Assembly: GCA_030599585.1 (NCBI GenBank)
Contig: JAUVNS010000037.1
Location: 1-10,728 of the forward strand
Reading direction: 5' to 3'
Origin: Promethearchaeota archaeon
GTDB lineage: Archaea > Asgardarchaeota > Lokiarchaeia > Sigyniarchaeales > SOKP01
Length of the DNA stretch: 10,728 bases
Within the stretch, counting starts at the first letter, position 1. Every line of letters starts with the position of its first letter. A model generated the notes under the pieces. The model made no database searches and was not told the origin of the DNA. It saw nothing but the letters and a program-made list of their open reading frames with translations. Of this stretch, positions 1 through 7,083 are shown in pieces. The position numbers were made by a program, and so were the translations under genes.

Positions 1-484
1 AATTACTAGATAATCGAAACAGTAAGTAGGATCCACTATATTCGCCATATTTACTGTAATTACTACTTGACATTTGAAAAAGATTGTTCCTCTCAAAAGC
101 GCGTAAGAAAGTAAGAATTTCAAGAATCCTGACGATTCGGTAATTACCATTAAGATATTGTAGTAGAGGTTGCTTTTTATCTTTATATTCGTATTTAGAG
201 CGTAAATTAGACGCAGTCTCTGAAAGAGAATATCCGCCAGAATAGGAATCGCGGGAAGTTTTAATCAAAAAGATTTCTTTGTTTTCTCTATTTTTATCAA
301 CCTCGTCAGGATAAAGGACAAAGGAAATAAAAGAGAGCCTCTCAGGAGAATACGGTATCGTGTCGAACTGCATCAATTGGACTTCGTTTGAGTAGAAAAA
401 GCGAAAAAATTTCCTTATTGCATTTGGTAAAGCGTCAAATCTTTCTTTAGAGTTTACAAAAACCTCTTTTTTACGTAACGACAT
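1..484 (-). CDS. Hypothetical protein, N-terminal 161 aa only (runs off the left edge)
   Basis: Manual translation from the ATG at 484 is open to base 1: MSLRKKEVFVNSKERFDALPNAIRKFFRFFYSNEVQLMQFDTIPYSPERLSFISFVLYPDEVDKNRENKEIFLIKTSRDSYSGGYSLSE... It is absent from the ORF track because no stop lies in the window. No family recognised. Confidence 0.75.
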   Translation of the reverse strand, partial: MSLRKKEVFVNSKERFDALPNAIRKFFRFFYSNEVQLMQFDTIPYSPERLSFISFVLYPDEVDKNRENKEIFLIKTSRDSYSGGYSLSETASNLRSKYEYKDKKQPLLQYLNGNYRIVRILEILTFLRAFERNNLFQMSSSNYSKYGEYSGSYLLFRLSSN

Positions 485-593
485 GCTTAGTTAAAAATAG
501 TAGTAAGTGCTAGTTAAACTGACTTACTTTTTATTTTTGTATTTATTGCATTTTTTGAATCGAAAAGAAGAAATAGAAAATAAAAAGAAAATG

Positions 594-818
594 TTACGCT
601 TCGATTTTCTCTCGTTTCTGGAATCGAGAAGGAAAATAATCTTTGGGACGAATTTTTTGCTTTCTTTTTCGTTCCCGCAATAGTTCGTTTACCATCGCAG
701 CGGAACCTCGTTTTAGGAACAAGCGAATAAATTTTAATTCGTTCACGCTTATAGTAAGCGACTGGAGGAACTCCTGATGTCGAAACATCCCCCACTCTAA
801 ATTACGCATTTTCTTCAT
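594..818 (-). CDS. Small basic hypothetical protein (74 aa)
   Basis: A strong GGAGGT SD lies just upstream of the ATG (plus strand acctcc, 826-831). The start overlaps the stop of the upstream ORF (ATGA). The C-terminus is K/R-rich. Confidence 0.7.
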   Translation of the reverse strand: MKKMRNLEWGMFRHQEFLQSLTISVNELKFIRLFLKRGSAAMVNELLRERKRKQKIRPKDYFPSRFQKREKIEA

Positions 819-985
819 TTTTTAAACCTCCGTTTCGAATAGATCTGAACCATAATATCCCAATTTTCGGGGTCAAGACAACCGAACGGTATAGCGTCGT
901 CTGAGAGAAGTCTGACTTTATTTCGAGAAGGAGTCCTTGGATCGTTTATTTGGGACGCACTTTCAATGTAGCTAATTATTATCAC
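815..985 (-). CDS. Small hypothetical protein (56 aa), below the ORF-track cutoff
   Basis: GTG-started frame (M)IIISYIESASQINDPRTPSRNKVRLLSDDAIPFGCLDPENWDIMVQIYSKRRFKK*. Its TGA overlaps the ATG of 594..818, suggesting translational coupling. Confidence 0.6.
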   Translation of the reverse strand: MIIISYIESASQINDPRTPSRNKVRLLSDDAIPFGCLDPENWDIMVQIYSKRRFKK

Positions 986-1030
986 AACCTTTAGTTTTTG
1001 TAATATACGATCTCGCCTTTTTATTTAAAG

Positions 1031-1057
1031 AAAAAGTTGTGGATAAATCAACTTTTT
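1031..1057. promoter_or_regulatory. Inverted repeat AAAAAGTTG-N9-CAACTTTTT between divergent transcription units
   Basis: Perfect 9-bp arms at 1031-1039 and 1049-1057, between the leftward small-ORF operon and the rightward 1113 gene. Confidence 0.4.
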
Positions 1058-1112
1058 AGATTATCATACGGTAGAAGCAACTATTAAATACAATAACTTT
1101 CACCAATATTAT

Positions 1113-1739
1113 ATGTTCAACTTACAGACAAATTTTAAGGGTTTTTTAGAATATCTCAACGAGAATAAACTGAGAATTGCCTATCTTCAATTACCAGGGA
1201 AATTAGAAGGATTCTTAGTGAAAGAGTTTTGTTATTTCATCTACGCGAAATCAAAAGGAAAGTATGCTGCTGTAGTTAATATGGGGAAAAAAAAAGAAAA
1301 AGAAAAAATGATCGACATTTGCGTTATCTCAGGACAACAACTTGAATTCGAACAGATCGAAATAGTGGCGTTAATTGAAGCGAAATATTTTAGAAATTGG
1401 CAAAGATTTTTTCAGCTTACCGCTGAAGATAATTTACGAACTTTAATGAAGGCTTTTAATGAACAAATATATTCTATAGATAAAAATTCGCACGGATGGT
1501 TTAACCTTAATTCCAGCGTTAATAGAGTTAACGCAATGGCGTTTGCTTCTTTCGTAAGCTACGAACAAAACGATAGTAAAAAAGAAACGTATTACACAAA
1601 AATCCTAAATATCGCAAATGAAGTGTTTGCTAACAATATTATCTCAAATTTTTCTTTTCAATCGGCCTACGAAGATGTAGAAATAGTATTGTTTAACAAA
1701 AAAATTTACGTTACCTTACGGTCTGGAATATGGGAGTAA
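1113..1739 (+). CDS. Putative PD-(D/E)XK-fold nuclease
   Basis: Motif order is typical of the restriction-endonuclease-like fold: helix with E32 (LEGFLVKE), IDI (D68) on a strand, then ALIEAK (E89-x-K91) followed by a helix. Confidence 0.6.
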   Translation: MFNLQTNFKGFLEYLNENKLRIAYLQLPGKLEGFLVKEFCYFIYAKSKGKYAAVVNMGKKKEKEKMIDICVISGQQLEFEQIEIVALIEAKYFRNWQRFFQLTAEDNLRTLMKAFNEQIYSIDKNSHGWFNLNSSVNRVNAMAFASFVSYEQNDSKKETYYTKILNIANEVFANNIISNFSFQSAYEDVEIVLFNKKIYVTLRSGIWE

Positions 1740-1831
1740 GACTTCTGCTTTCTATTTGTTCGTTTTATTATTTAAAACCTAGAAATTTACTGACTGTTTG
1801 ATTTTTTATACTAAATAATTGTTCTACCATT

Positions 1832-2569
1832 GTGCTTAATAATTCTGGGTTAGACGAACACGAAAGTAAAAAGGATATACCACTCGTGTCCAGCGGAGAC
1901 GCAACGTTAGACGAACTGCTCGAGGGTGGGTTCCAGAAAGATACGATCTACCTTCTAGTTGGGGATAGGAAGCCAACTTCCAAAGTTTTAATTACGACCT
2001 CAGTTTCGGCGTTTGTTGATCGAAACTTCAACAAGTTCGTAGCGTTTATAGACGGCAATAACAGGTTTAACCCCTATACCATCAGTAAACTTGCGATAAG
2101 CAGGAAAATGTCGCCGACAAAAGTTCTCGAACGCATTCTCATTTCTCGGGCGTTTACTTACGACCAGATGATCGAAATATTAGAAAATAGGATTACTGAC
2201 CTTAAAAACGTGGAAGTGTTGCTTATCTCGGGAATAACTTCCATGTGGCCCAATTACGAGCAGCACACATTCGAAGAATTATCCCGAGCGTTTAATGGGA
2301 TTAAAAAAGTTGTGGAAAAGTCAAAACCATTAATAATCATTACCGCCCCTCGTAACACTTACTCTGAATTTAAACCTGTTGGCGGAAATTCTCTTTATCA
2401 TTTTGGACACGCCTTGGTGTTAATGGAGCAAACCGATAGGGAAGTGAGTTATAGGTTACTTCAACACCCTTCAATGCCTGAGAAACAAATAAAAAAACAA
2501 ATACCTCGGAAACCAAAACGAGGGATGAGACCGCCTGTTAAAAATAGAACGCTTGATTCTTGGTTTTAA
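1832..2569 (+). CDS. RadA/RadB (RecA-fold) paralog with inactivated ATPase motifs and a C-terminal PIP-box-like motif
   Basis: RecA-family signatures SSGDATLDELLEGGF, VAFIDGNNRFNPY and LERILISRAFTYDQM are present. Walker A is replaced by GDRKPTS and Walker B by VLLISG (no Asp). The protein ends in KNRTLDSWF. GTG start. Confidence 0.85.
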   Translation: MLNNSGLDEHESKKDIPLVSSGDATLDELLEGGFQKDTIYLLVGDRKPTSKVLITTSVSAFVDRNFNKFVAFIDGNNRFNPYTISKLAISRKMSPTKVLERILISRAFTYDQMIEILENRITDLKNVEVLLISGITSMWPNYEQHTFEELSRAFNGIKKVVEKSKPLIIITAPRNTYSEFKPVGGNSLYHFGHALVLMEQTDREVSYRLLQHPSMPEKQIKKQIPRKPKRGMRPPVKNRTLDSWF

Positions 2570-2661
2570 TTTCTACCTAATAACTAATTTTTTCTTTATA
2601 TATTCGAGGATTTACCTCGTAAGTATTAATTACAGTATAATCCCTTCGTTTTAAAATTCTT

Positions 2662-2838
2662 ATGACCTGCGAACATTGCGGAGTATCCTTGCACGGGAAA
2701 AAAATAGTTAAACACGTCAATATTTCCCAGTCTGCTCGAGAACATTACTTCTGTTCTCAATCGTGTAAGGGTAAGTGGTGTTTTTTTTTGTTTAAATACT
2801 TTCGGAGGATTGTGCTTGTAAAATACGTTAAGAGGTGA
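2662..2838 (+). CDS. Small TRASH/YHS-like zinc-finger protein (58 aa)
   Basis: MTCEHCGVSLHGKKIVKHVNISQSAREHYFCSQSCKGKWCFFLFKYFRRIVLVKYVKR*. CxxC...YFCSxxC is the TRASH-type treble-clef pattern. It is below the ORF-track cutoff. Confidence 0.75.
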   Translation: MTCEHCGVSLHGKKIVKHVNISQSAREHYFCSQSCKGKWCFFLFKYFRRIVLVKYVKR

Positions 2839-2842
2839 ATTT

Positions 2843-2989
2843 ATTATCGTTGTTGCAAAAGAAGAGATCGGAACTATTGATACTCCCGAAGAACCTTGCG
2901 ATTACGCCCAATTTTTAGACCATTCGCGATTTGAACCACCTGCGGAGTTGGGCTTATCTGGTTACGGCTTCGAGCTAGAAATAGGTTAG
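2843..2989 (+). CDS. Possible small acidic protein (about 48 aa) with a non-canonical ATT/ATC start
   Basis: Open frame IIVVAKEEIGTIDTPEEPCDYAQFLDHSRFEPPAELGLSGYGFELEIG*, preceded by GAGGTGA (2832-2838). There is no ATG/GTG/TTG near its 5' end. Confidence 0.35.
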   Translation: MIVVAKEEIGTIDTPEEPCDYAQFLDHSRFEPPAELGLSGYGFELEIG

Positions 2990-3039
2990 AAAACAATATT
3001 AAGAATAACAAAATTAAGATTTTAAAAAAAAAATTTATT

Positions 3040-4626
3040 TTAGTTGTCTGGATCCGTACCGGGTCGTTTCGGATCTATAACACCGCTAGGCTTATCATTA
3101 CGGCCAATAGTAGGTGGAGTGGAACCTCCGCTATCTGTTATGGGCGAAGGATCGATGTTCCCTTCGTCATCCCCTTTGCTATCAGCTAACGTAACGCTTC
3201 CCAAATTTACGGATCCAATATTCCCTGGGTTAGGTTGTCCAACAAAAATCCATTTATACCATTTCATCATGAGTACAACCATACTTTCGTAAGCCGTTGG
3301 TTTTCTATGCGCGCTTTCAATTCCAGGTGGTAGAGGGGTTTGGTTTTTACTATCATCCCCCTTTTTCTGAGAATTCGTTTCTTGAACCGTAGTAGTTGTT
3401 TGAGACGTTCCGTCAGCATTAGTAGTAGTGTTAGAAGTTCTTTTCTGTGTCTGGGTGGTGCTTCCAGTTTCTTTCCCATTTTCATCGTTGGTAGTGGTTG
3501 TTTTTGTGACCGTGACCACCGTAGTAGAACCGTCATCAGAAGTTTCTGTCGAAACAGATGTAGTTACGGTGGTAGTAGTGCCATCTGCGTTTTGAGTCGT
3601 TTCTGATTCAGTCGAAGTCTCGTTGCTATCGTAATTTGAATAATCTTGGGTAAAATCTTCGCTTGAATCAGTCCCAACATCGCTCCAACCACCTTCTTCT
3701 TCAGTCTCCGCACCGCAATACATTTCTCCTATACCTTCCCCCCCACTTACTCCCGTTAGAGCCCCTCCTACCCCCATTGATCCAGATAGAATTATCGCAG
3801 CACCTATCCCAGTAGGAGTAAAGGGACCTCCACCTATCCAACCTGTAGTTGCTCCTGCAGTAGATCCAGCCATGGCCCCAAGTATTCCACCCCCCATTCT
3901 AAAAGCGTTAATACAATCTTGCCTTCCAGACATTTGAGCGTTAGATCTAGAGTTATTCATTCGATCGATCATACCTTCCTCTATAATCCGACTACTGAAT
4001 CCTTCCATATCACCCAAATGGAAACGCCCGCCGCCTAAACCAGCAGATCTTCCGTCCATTCCAAAAAATCCGTGACCGCTGCGCCTATCGCCCCTACTCA
4101 GGTTAATAAGTCCATTCGGACCATATAATTTGTTTCTAGTCCTATCTCCAAGATCGAACATGGTAAAAGTGCTCCTTAAATCTTTTAACTGTTCATCTCC
4201 TACTTCCATTAAACCGTCCCTACTATCAATTAAACCGGAATCGCAAACTTCAATCAACGCTTCTGAGGCGTCACCTAAGTCGAATAAGTAAATATTATGG
4301 TCTTCTTTTGTTTGGTAGCGTTTATTTCCTAAAAACTCGACTAATCTTAGCCCTTTAACGGTAGATTGTTGATCTATTAGAATGATGCTTGACAACAGCG
4401 AGAGGAAGACGCCGTCTACGCCTTCGGGACCGTTGTTTCTTACGAAATCGCAGACTTGATCGAAAAGAGGTATAATAACCCTTAACATTTTTGGTAAATG
4501 TGCTCCAAAAAACCCACTTAGCTCAGCATGTTTAAGAAAATCGCCATCTTCCCATGCCTTTCTGAGAGCGAATAGAATCTCTTCTAAACTTTTGGTATAT
4601 AGTATTAATCTTTTGATTTCAACCAT
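3040..4626 (-). CDS. 528-aa multidomain protein: helical N-domain, glycine-zipper hairpin, Thr/Ser-rich repeats, Pro/Gly/Asp-rich tail
   Basis: Long ORF with GxxxG repeats between C238 and C304 and NADG/SDDG/DENG-turn Thr-rich segments. No obvious N-terminal signal peptide. TATA-like TTTATAAA about 30 nt upstream. Confidence 0.85.
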   Translation of the reverse strand: MVEIKRLILYTKSLEEILFALRKAWEDGDFLKHAELSGFFGAHLPKMLRVIIPLFDQVCDFVRNNGPEGVDGVFLSLLSSIILIDQQSTVKGLRLVEFLGNKRYQTKEDHNIYLFDLGDASEALIEVCDSGLIDSRDGLMEVGDEQLKDLRSTFTMFDLGDRTRNKLYGPNGLINLSRGDRRSGHGFFGMDGRSAGLGGGRFHLGDMEGFSSRIIEEGMIDRMNNSRSNAQMSGRQDCINAFRMGGGILGAMAGSTAGATTGWIGGGPFTPTGIGAAIILSGSMGVGGALTGVSGGEGIGEMYCGAETEEEGGWSDVGTDSSEDFTQDYSNYDSNETSTESETTQNADGTTTTVTTSVSTETSDDGSTTVVTVTKTTTTNDENGKETGSTTQTQKRTSNTTTNADGTSQTTTTVQETNSQKKGDDSKNQTPLPPGIESAHRKPTAYESMVVLMMKWYKWIFVGQPNPGNIGSVNLGSVTLADSKGDDEGNIDPSPITDSGGSTPPTIGRNDKPSGVIDPKRPGTDPDN

Positions 4627-4631
4627 TTTCT

Positions 4632-4664
4632 TTCAATACATTATTGAATTTCGATTTTATAAAT
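4632..4664 (-). promoter_or_regulatory. Promoter of the 528-aa gene with an overlapping palindrome TTCAATA-CAT-TATTGAA
   Basis: Perfect 7-bp arms at 4632-4638 and 4642-4648, between the TATA-like box (about 4656-4663) and the ATG at 4626. Confidence 0.45.
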
Positions 4665-4840
4665 TGGATAAAAATGTATAGAGTAAAAAAAGATTCGGTG
4701 ATATTAAAATTTATTTTTAAAACCTTGATGAGAAGTTTTTATCCCCATTATTCCCCCATGAAGTTTAATTTAAGGCAAGCCGTTTTTAAGAACCTGTTGG
4801 AACGATCCTTCCCTGCATGTAAATAAATTAAAAAAGATGA

Positions 4841-4946
4841 TTCCTGCCAAAACGCACACCTACGACTCGATAGTTCTTTTTGACTATCAAAGTTAAAACA
4901 AGATTAAGTAAGCACGATACGGTTAAACACAACCAACTGGCAGGAA
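4841..4946 (-). ncRNA. Candidate structured non-coding RNA
   Basis: The terminal stem TTCCTGCCA/TGGCAGGAA encloses further stems that pair better on the minus strand with G-U pairs. There is an upstream TATA (5025-5036) and a downstream U-tract. Confidence 0.4.
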
Positions 4947-5571
4947 CCTCGGTTTAATTGCAAATTTACCCAAACAAAAATAACACACGCAATTTTTGTC
5001 GGTATATATCAGAAAGAAAATGATATTTATATAAATTTAGGTTTATAAATCTTGACAAATTAAAAATCTCGCAATCTCAATTCTAATTTTAGGACGGATT
5101 TATTTGTAAGCATTGAGTAAAGTAGGTACGTATGCCTAAATTCCCATTTTGCGAAATAAAATTAGGTTAGAGTCAGTTAAAAAAAACCTTTATACTTTCG
5201 TTTTAGTCGTAGCCAAATGGGCTTTTGTGGCGAAAGATTTTTTCGGCATGCTACCTATTCTTACTTTCGCCCTCTTTGGTGCTAGAGCATAAAAACACGA
5301 TAATTGGTAGACTTTAAATACTTAAGTAAAAACAGTCTATTGGACAGTGCGAGGAAGACGTTGGATCATAGATTACACCGACAAAATGAGGTTCTGCTCT
5401 TTTGTGTGGAAGCATCACTACAAAACTTAAACTCTCTAAATATTTTTAATCGCATTTTATCTAATACCATTATTAACAAAAATCGCCATAAAAGTTTAAT
5501 AACGCAATGATTTGCGGTAGGTAGTTATATAATTAGTTGTATTTATAGGTATAAAGACAAAAATCCGGAGC

Positions 5572-6141
5572 GTGGCAACTTCCGTGGAAGATGAGCACCA
5601 AATTCAGTATTGGGAAACAGAGAAAAATTTAAAAAGGGCTTTTATTTTCTGGGATCACGCGAATGTGTTTCATAACCTGCAAGAACTTCACATAAGAATA
5701 GATTACGAGTCGGTCAAAAGAAGGTTGGCGCGTGGCTACTACTTGGTCGCACCGGTCATGTATTTAGGGAGGCCAAGGGTAGTTTATCCTAAAAAACAAA
5801 AGTTTTTCGCAGCATTAGAAAAAACAGGGTGGTCAATCATTCAAAAACCACTTCGAATAGACGAGTCGGGGAGACCGTCCCAAAGTGGAGTAGACGAGGC
5901 TATGTTTCAGAATATTTGCGATTTCGCAGACGAGGGCGCATACGATAAAGCGATTATCGTAAGTGGGGACAATATTTTCGTTTCCGTAGTGAAAGAGCTA
6001 AAAAAACTCGATATCGAAGTAGACGTGTGGAGCTTTCGAAAGTCCCTTTCTAGAGCTTTAGTGTGGGAAGCGGGACGAGAGCACGTGTTTTACCTCGACA
6101 ACATTTTAGACGAAATTAATTTGAAAAGCGAAAAATTATAA
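5572..6141 (+). CDS. NYN domain (LabA/DUF88, PIN-like) protein
   Basis: Motifs AFIFWDHANV (D28, N31), QSGVD (D108), AIIVSGD (D133), then V.VWSF...SRAL and FYLD, as in NYN/LabA proteins. Confidence 0.9.
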   Translation: MATSVEDEHQIQYWETEKNLKRAFIFWDHANVFHNLQELHIRIDYESVKRRLARGYYLVAPVMYLGRPRVVYPKKQKFFAALEKTGWSIIQKPLRIDESGRPSQSGVDEAMFQNICDFADEGAYDKAIIVSGDNIFVSVVKELKKLDIEVDVWSFRKSLSRALVWEAGREHVFYLDNILDEINLKSEKL

Positions 6142-6235
6142 AACTTGCGAAGCGTGGCCCGTTAAATGGACCTCAATTACATTATACATTTGACAAGCAT
6201 TTTTTCTCTGTATTGAATTTTTTGGTTTTGGTACC

Positions 6236-6283
6236 GAGGGCGAGGAGAGAACTCTCCTCTTCCCTCATCTTTCTTTTTTTTTT
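6236..6283 (+). terminator. GC-rich hairpin followed by a long T-tract
   Basis: GAGGG-C-GAGGAGAG-AA-CTCTCCTC-TT-CCCTC followed by ATCTTTCTTTTTTTTTT, downstream of the NYN gene. Confidence 0.5.
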
Positions 6284-6353
6284 AATTGAGGTGGAAAATA
6301 ATTTAAGTTTAACTAGTTGTCTTTAGAACACTCGTAGCTTTTCTTAATCGCTA

Positions 6354-6391
6354 ATCGTTAAATATTAACGATCATCAATAAGATTTATATA
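6354..6391 (+). promoter_or_regulatory. Palindromic operator ATCGTTAA-ATA-TTAACGAT upstream of a TTTATATA box
   Basis: Perfect 8-bp arms at 6354-6361 and 6365-6372. A TATA-like box at 6384-6391 lies upstream of the 6463 gene. Confidence 0.45.
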
Positions 6392-6462
6392 CATAAAAGT
6401 AAACTATATACATACTAATTTTTTCTAAAAATAACACAAGAGTAAAATGTCATAAAAGTAAA

Positions 6463-7083
6463 ATGGCAGGAATAAATGTAGATTTAAAGATTGATAAGTG
6501 CTTACAGCAAATAATTGATATCTTTAAACGTCGCCATGACCGGAAAGAAGACTTTGTTAAAGATGTCTCTGATGACTTGGATGCAATTCACAAAATCATT
6601 ATGACACTCAACAATCTTTTCCTCGCGTTAGCTGGAGGTTTCGCTGACAAGAAAATAACCACAAATAATAAAAGCCTTATAAAACACGTTGAAGAGACTA
6701 ATAAGTATCTTCAACGTCAAGATCTTTTACCTCATCTAGAAAAAGGTATAGGAGTTATCGAGGCTATGGCCTACAATCAAGATTTCAAGAATAAAAAGTA
6801 TCGTGAAATAATTTCTGCATTACGTAGTCTAAAAAGGAGATTAGAAGAATATCGGAAAGAACTTGGAAGAGGTGGGATAACGGGTGTTGGGATGATGAAG
6901 GAATGGAATCTGATGACTCTATGTCAAAAAGCATATGAGCTTACTAGTGGTGGAGGGGAAATCCAATACACTATTGAGGAGATGGCTGAACAAGTCTTAC
7001 GTAATCACGATTCTGATCTATCTGATAACATTTACAAGCTTATTGGAAAAATTAATACTCTAGCTAAGATATTGATTATTTAA
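6463..7083 (+). CDS. Hypothetical alpha-helical protein (206 aa)
   Basis: Clean ATG ORF with amphipathic helical patterning. No family recognised. Confidence 0.8.
   Translation: MAGINVDLKIDKCLQQIIDIFKRRHDRKEDFVKDVSDDLDAIHKIIMTLNNLFLALAGGFADKKITTNNKSLIKHVEETNKYLQRQDLLPHLEKGIGVIEAMAYNQDFKNKKYREIISALRSLKRRLEEYRKELGRGGITGVGMMKEWNLMTLCQKAYELTSGGGEIQYTIEEMAEQVLRNHDSDLSDNIYKLIGKINTLAKILII

Noticed and set aside
514-795. 93-aa minus-strand ORF
   Set aside because: It overlaps the 74-aa ORF, which has the SD and the coupling, and its tail is low-complexity intergenic sequence.
1038-1046. Perfect bacterial DnaA box (TGTGGATAA)
   Set aside because: Single copy in an archaeal-type context with no box cluster, so likely chance.
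2780-2821. Frameshift at the T-run fusing the zinc finger to the acidic frame
   Set aside because: The acidic frame has a TAA at 2819-2821, downstream of the T-run, so slippage there cannot fuse them.
3044-3606. ORFs 3044..3292, 3267..3536 and 3340..3606
   Set aside because: Shadow frames of the low-complexity part of the 528-aa gene.
4841-4946. MITE interpretation of the 9-bp inverted repeat
   Set aside because: No target-site duplication and no second copy in the window. Kept only as an alternative to the ncRNA hypothesis.
5210-5455. Minus-strand frame with an in-frame TGA followed by a hairpin (selenoprotein plus SECIS idea)
   Set aside because: The peptide resembles no selenoprotein family I know, and the hairpin lacks a recognisable SECIS core.
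4644-5510. ORFs 4644..4826 and 5304..5510
   Set aside because: Short, TTG-started, without SD or protein-like motifs. The first overlaps the promoter of the 528-aa gene.
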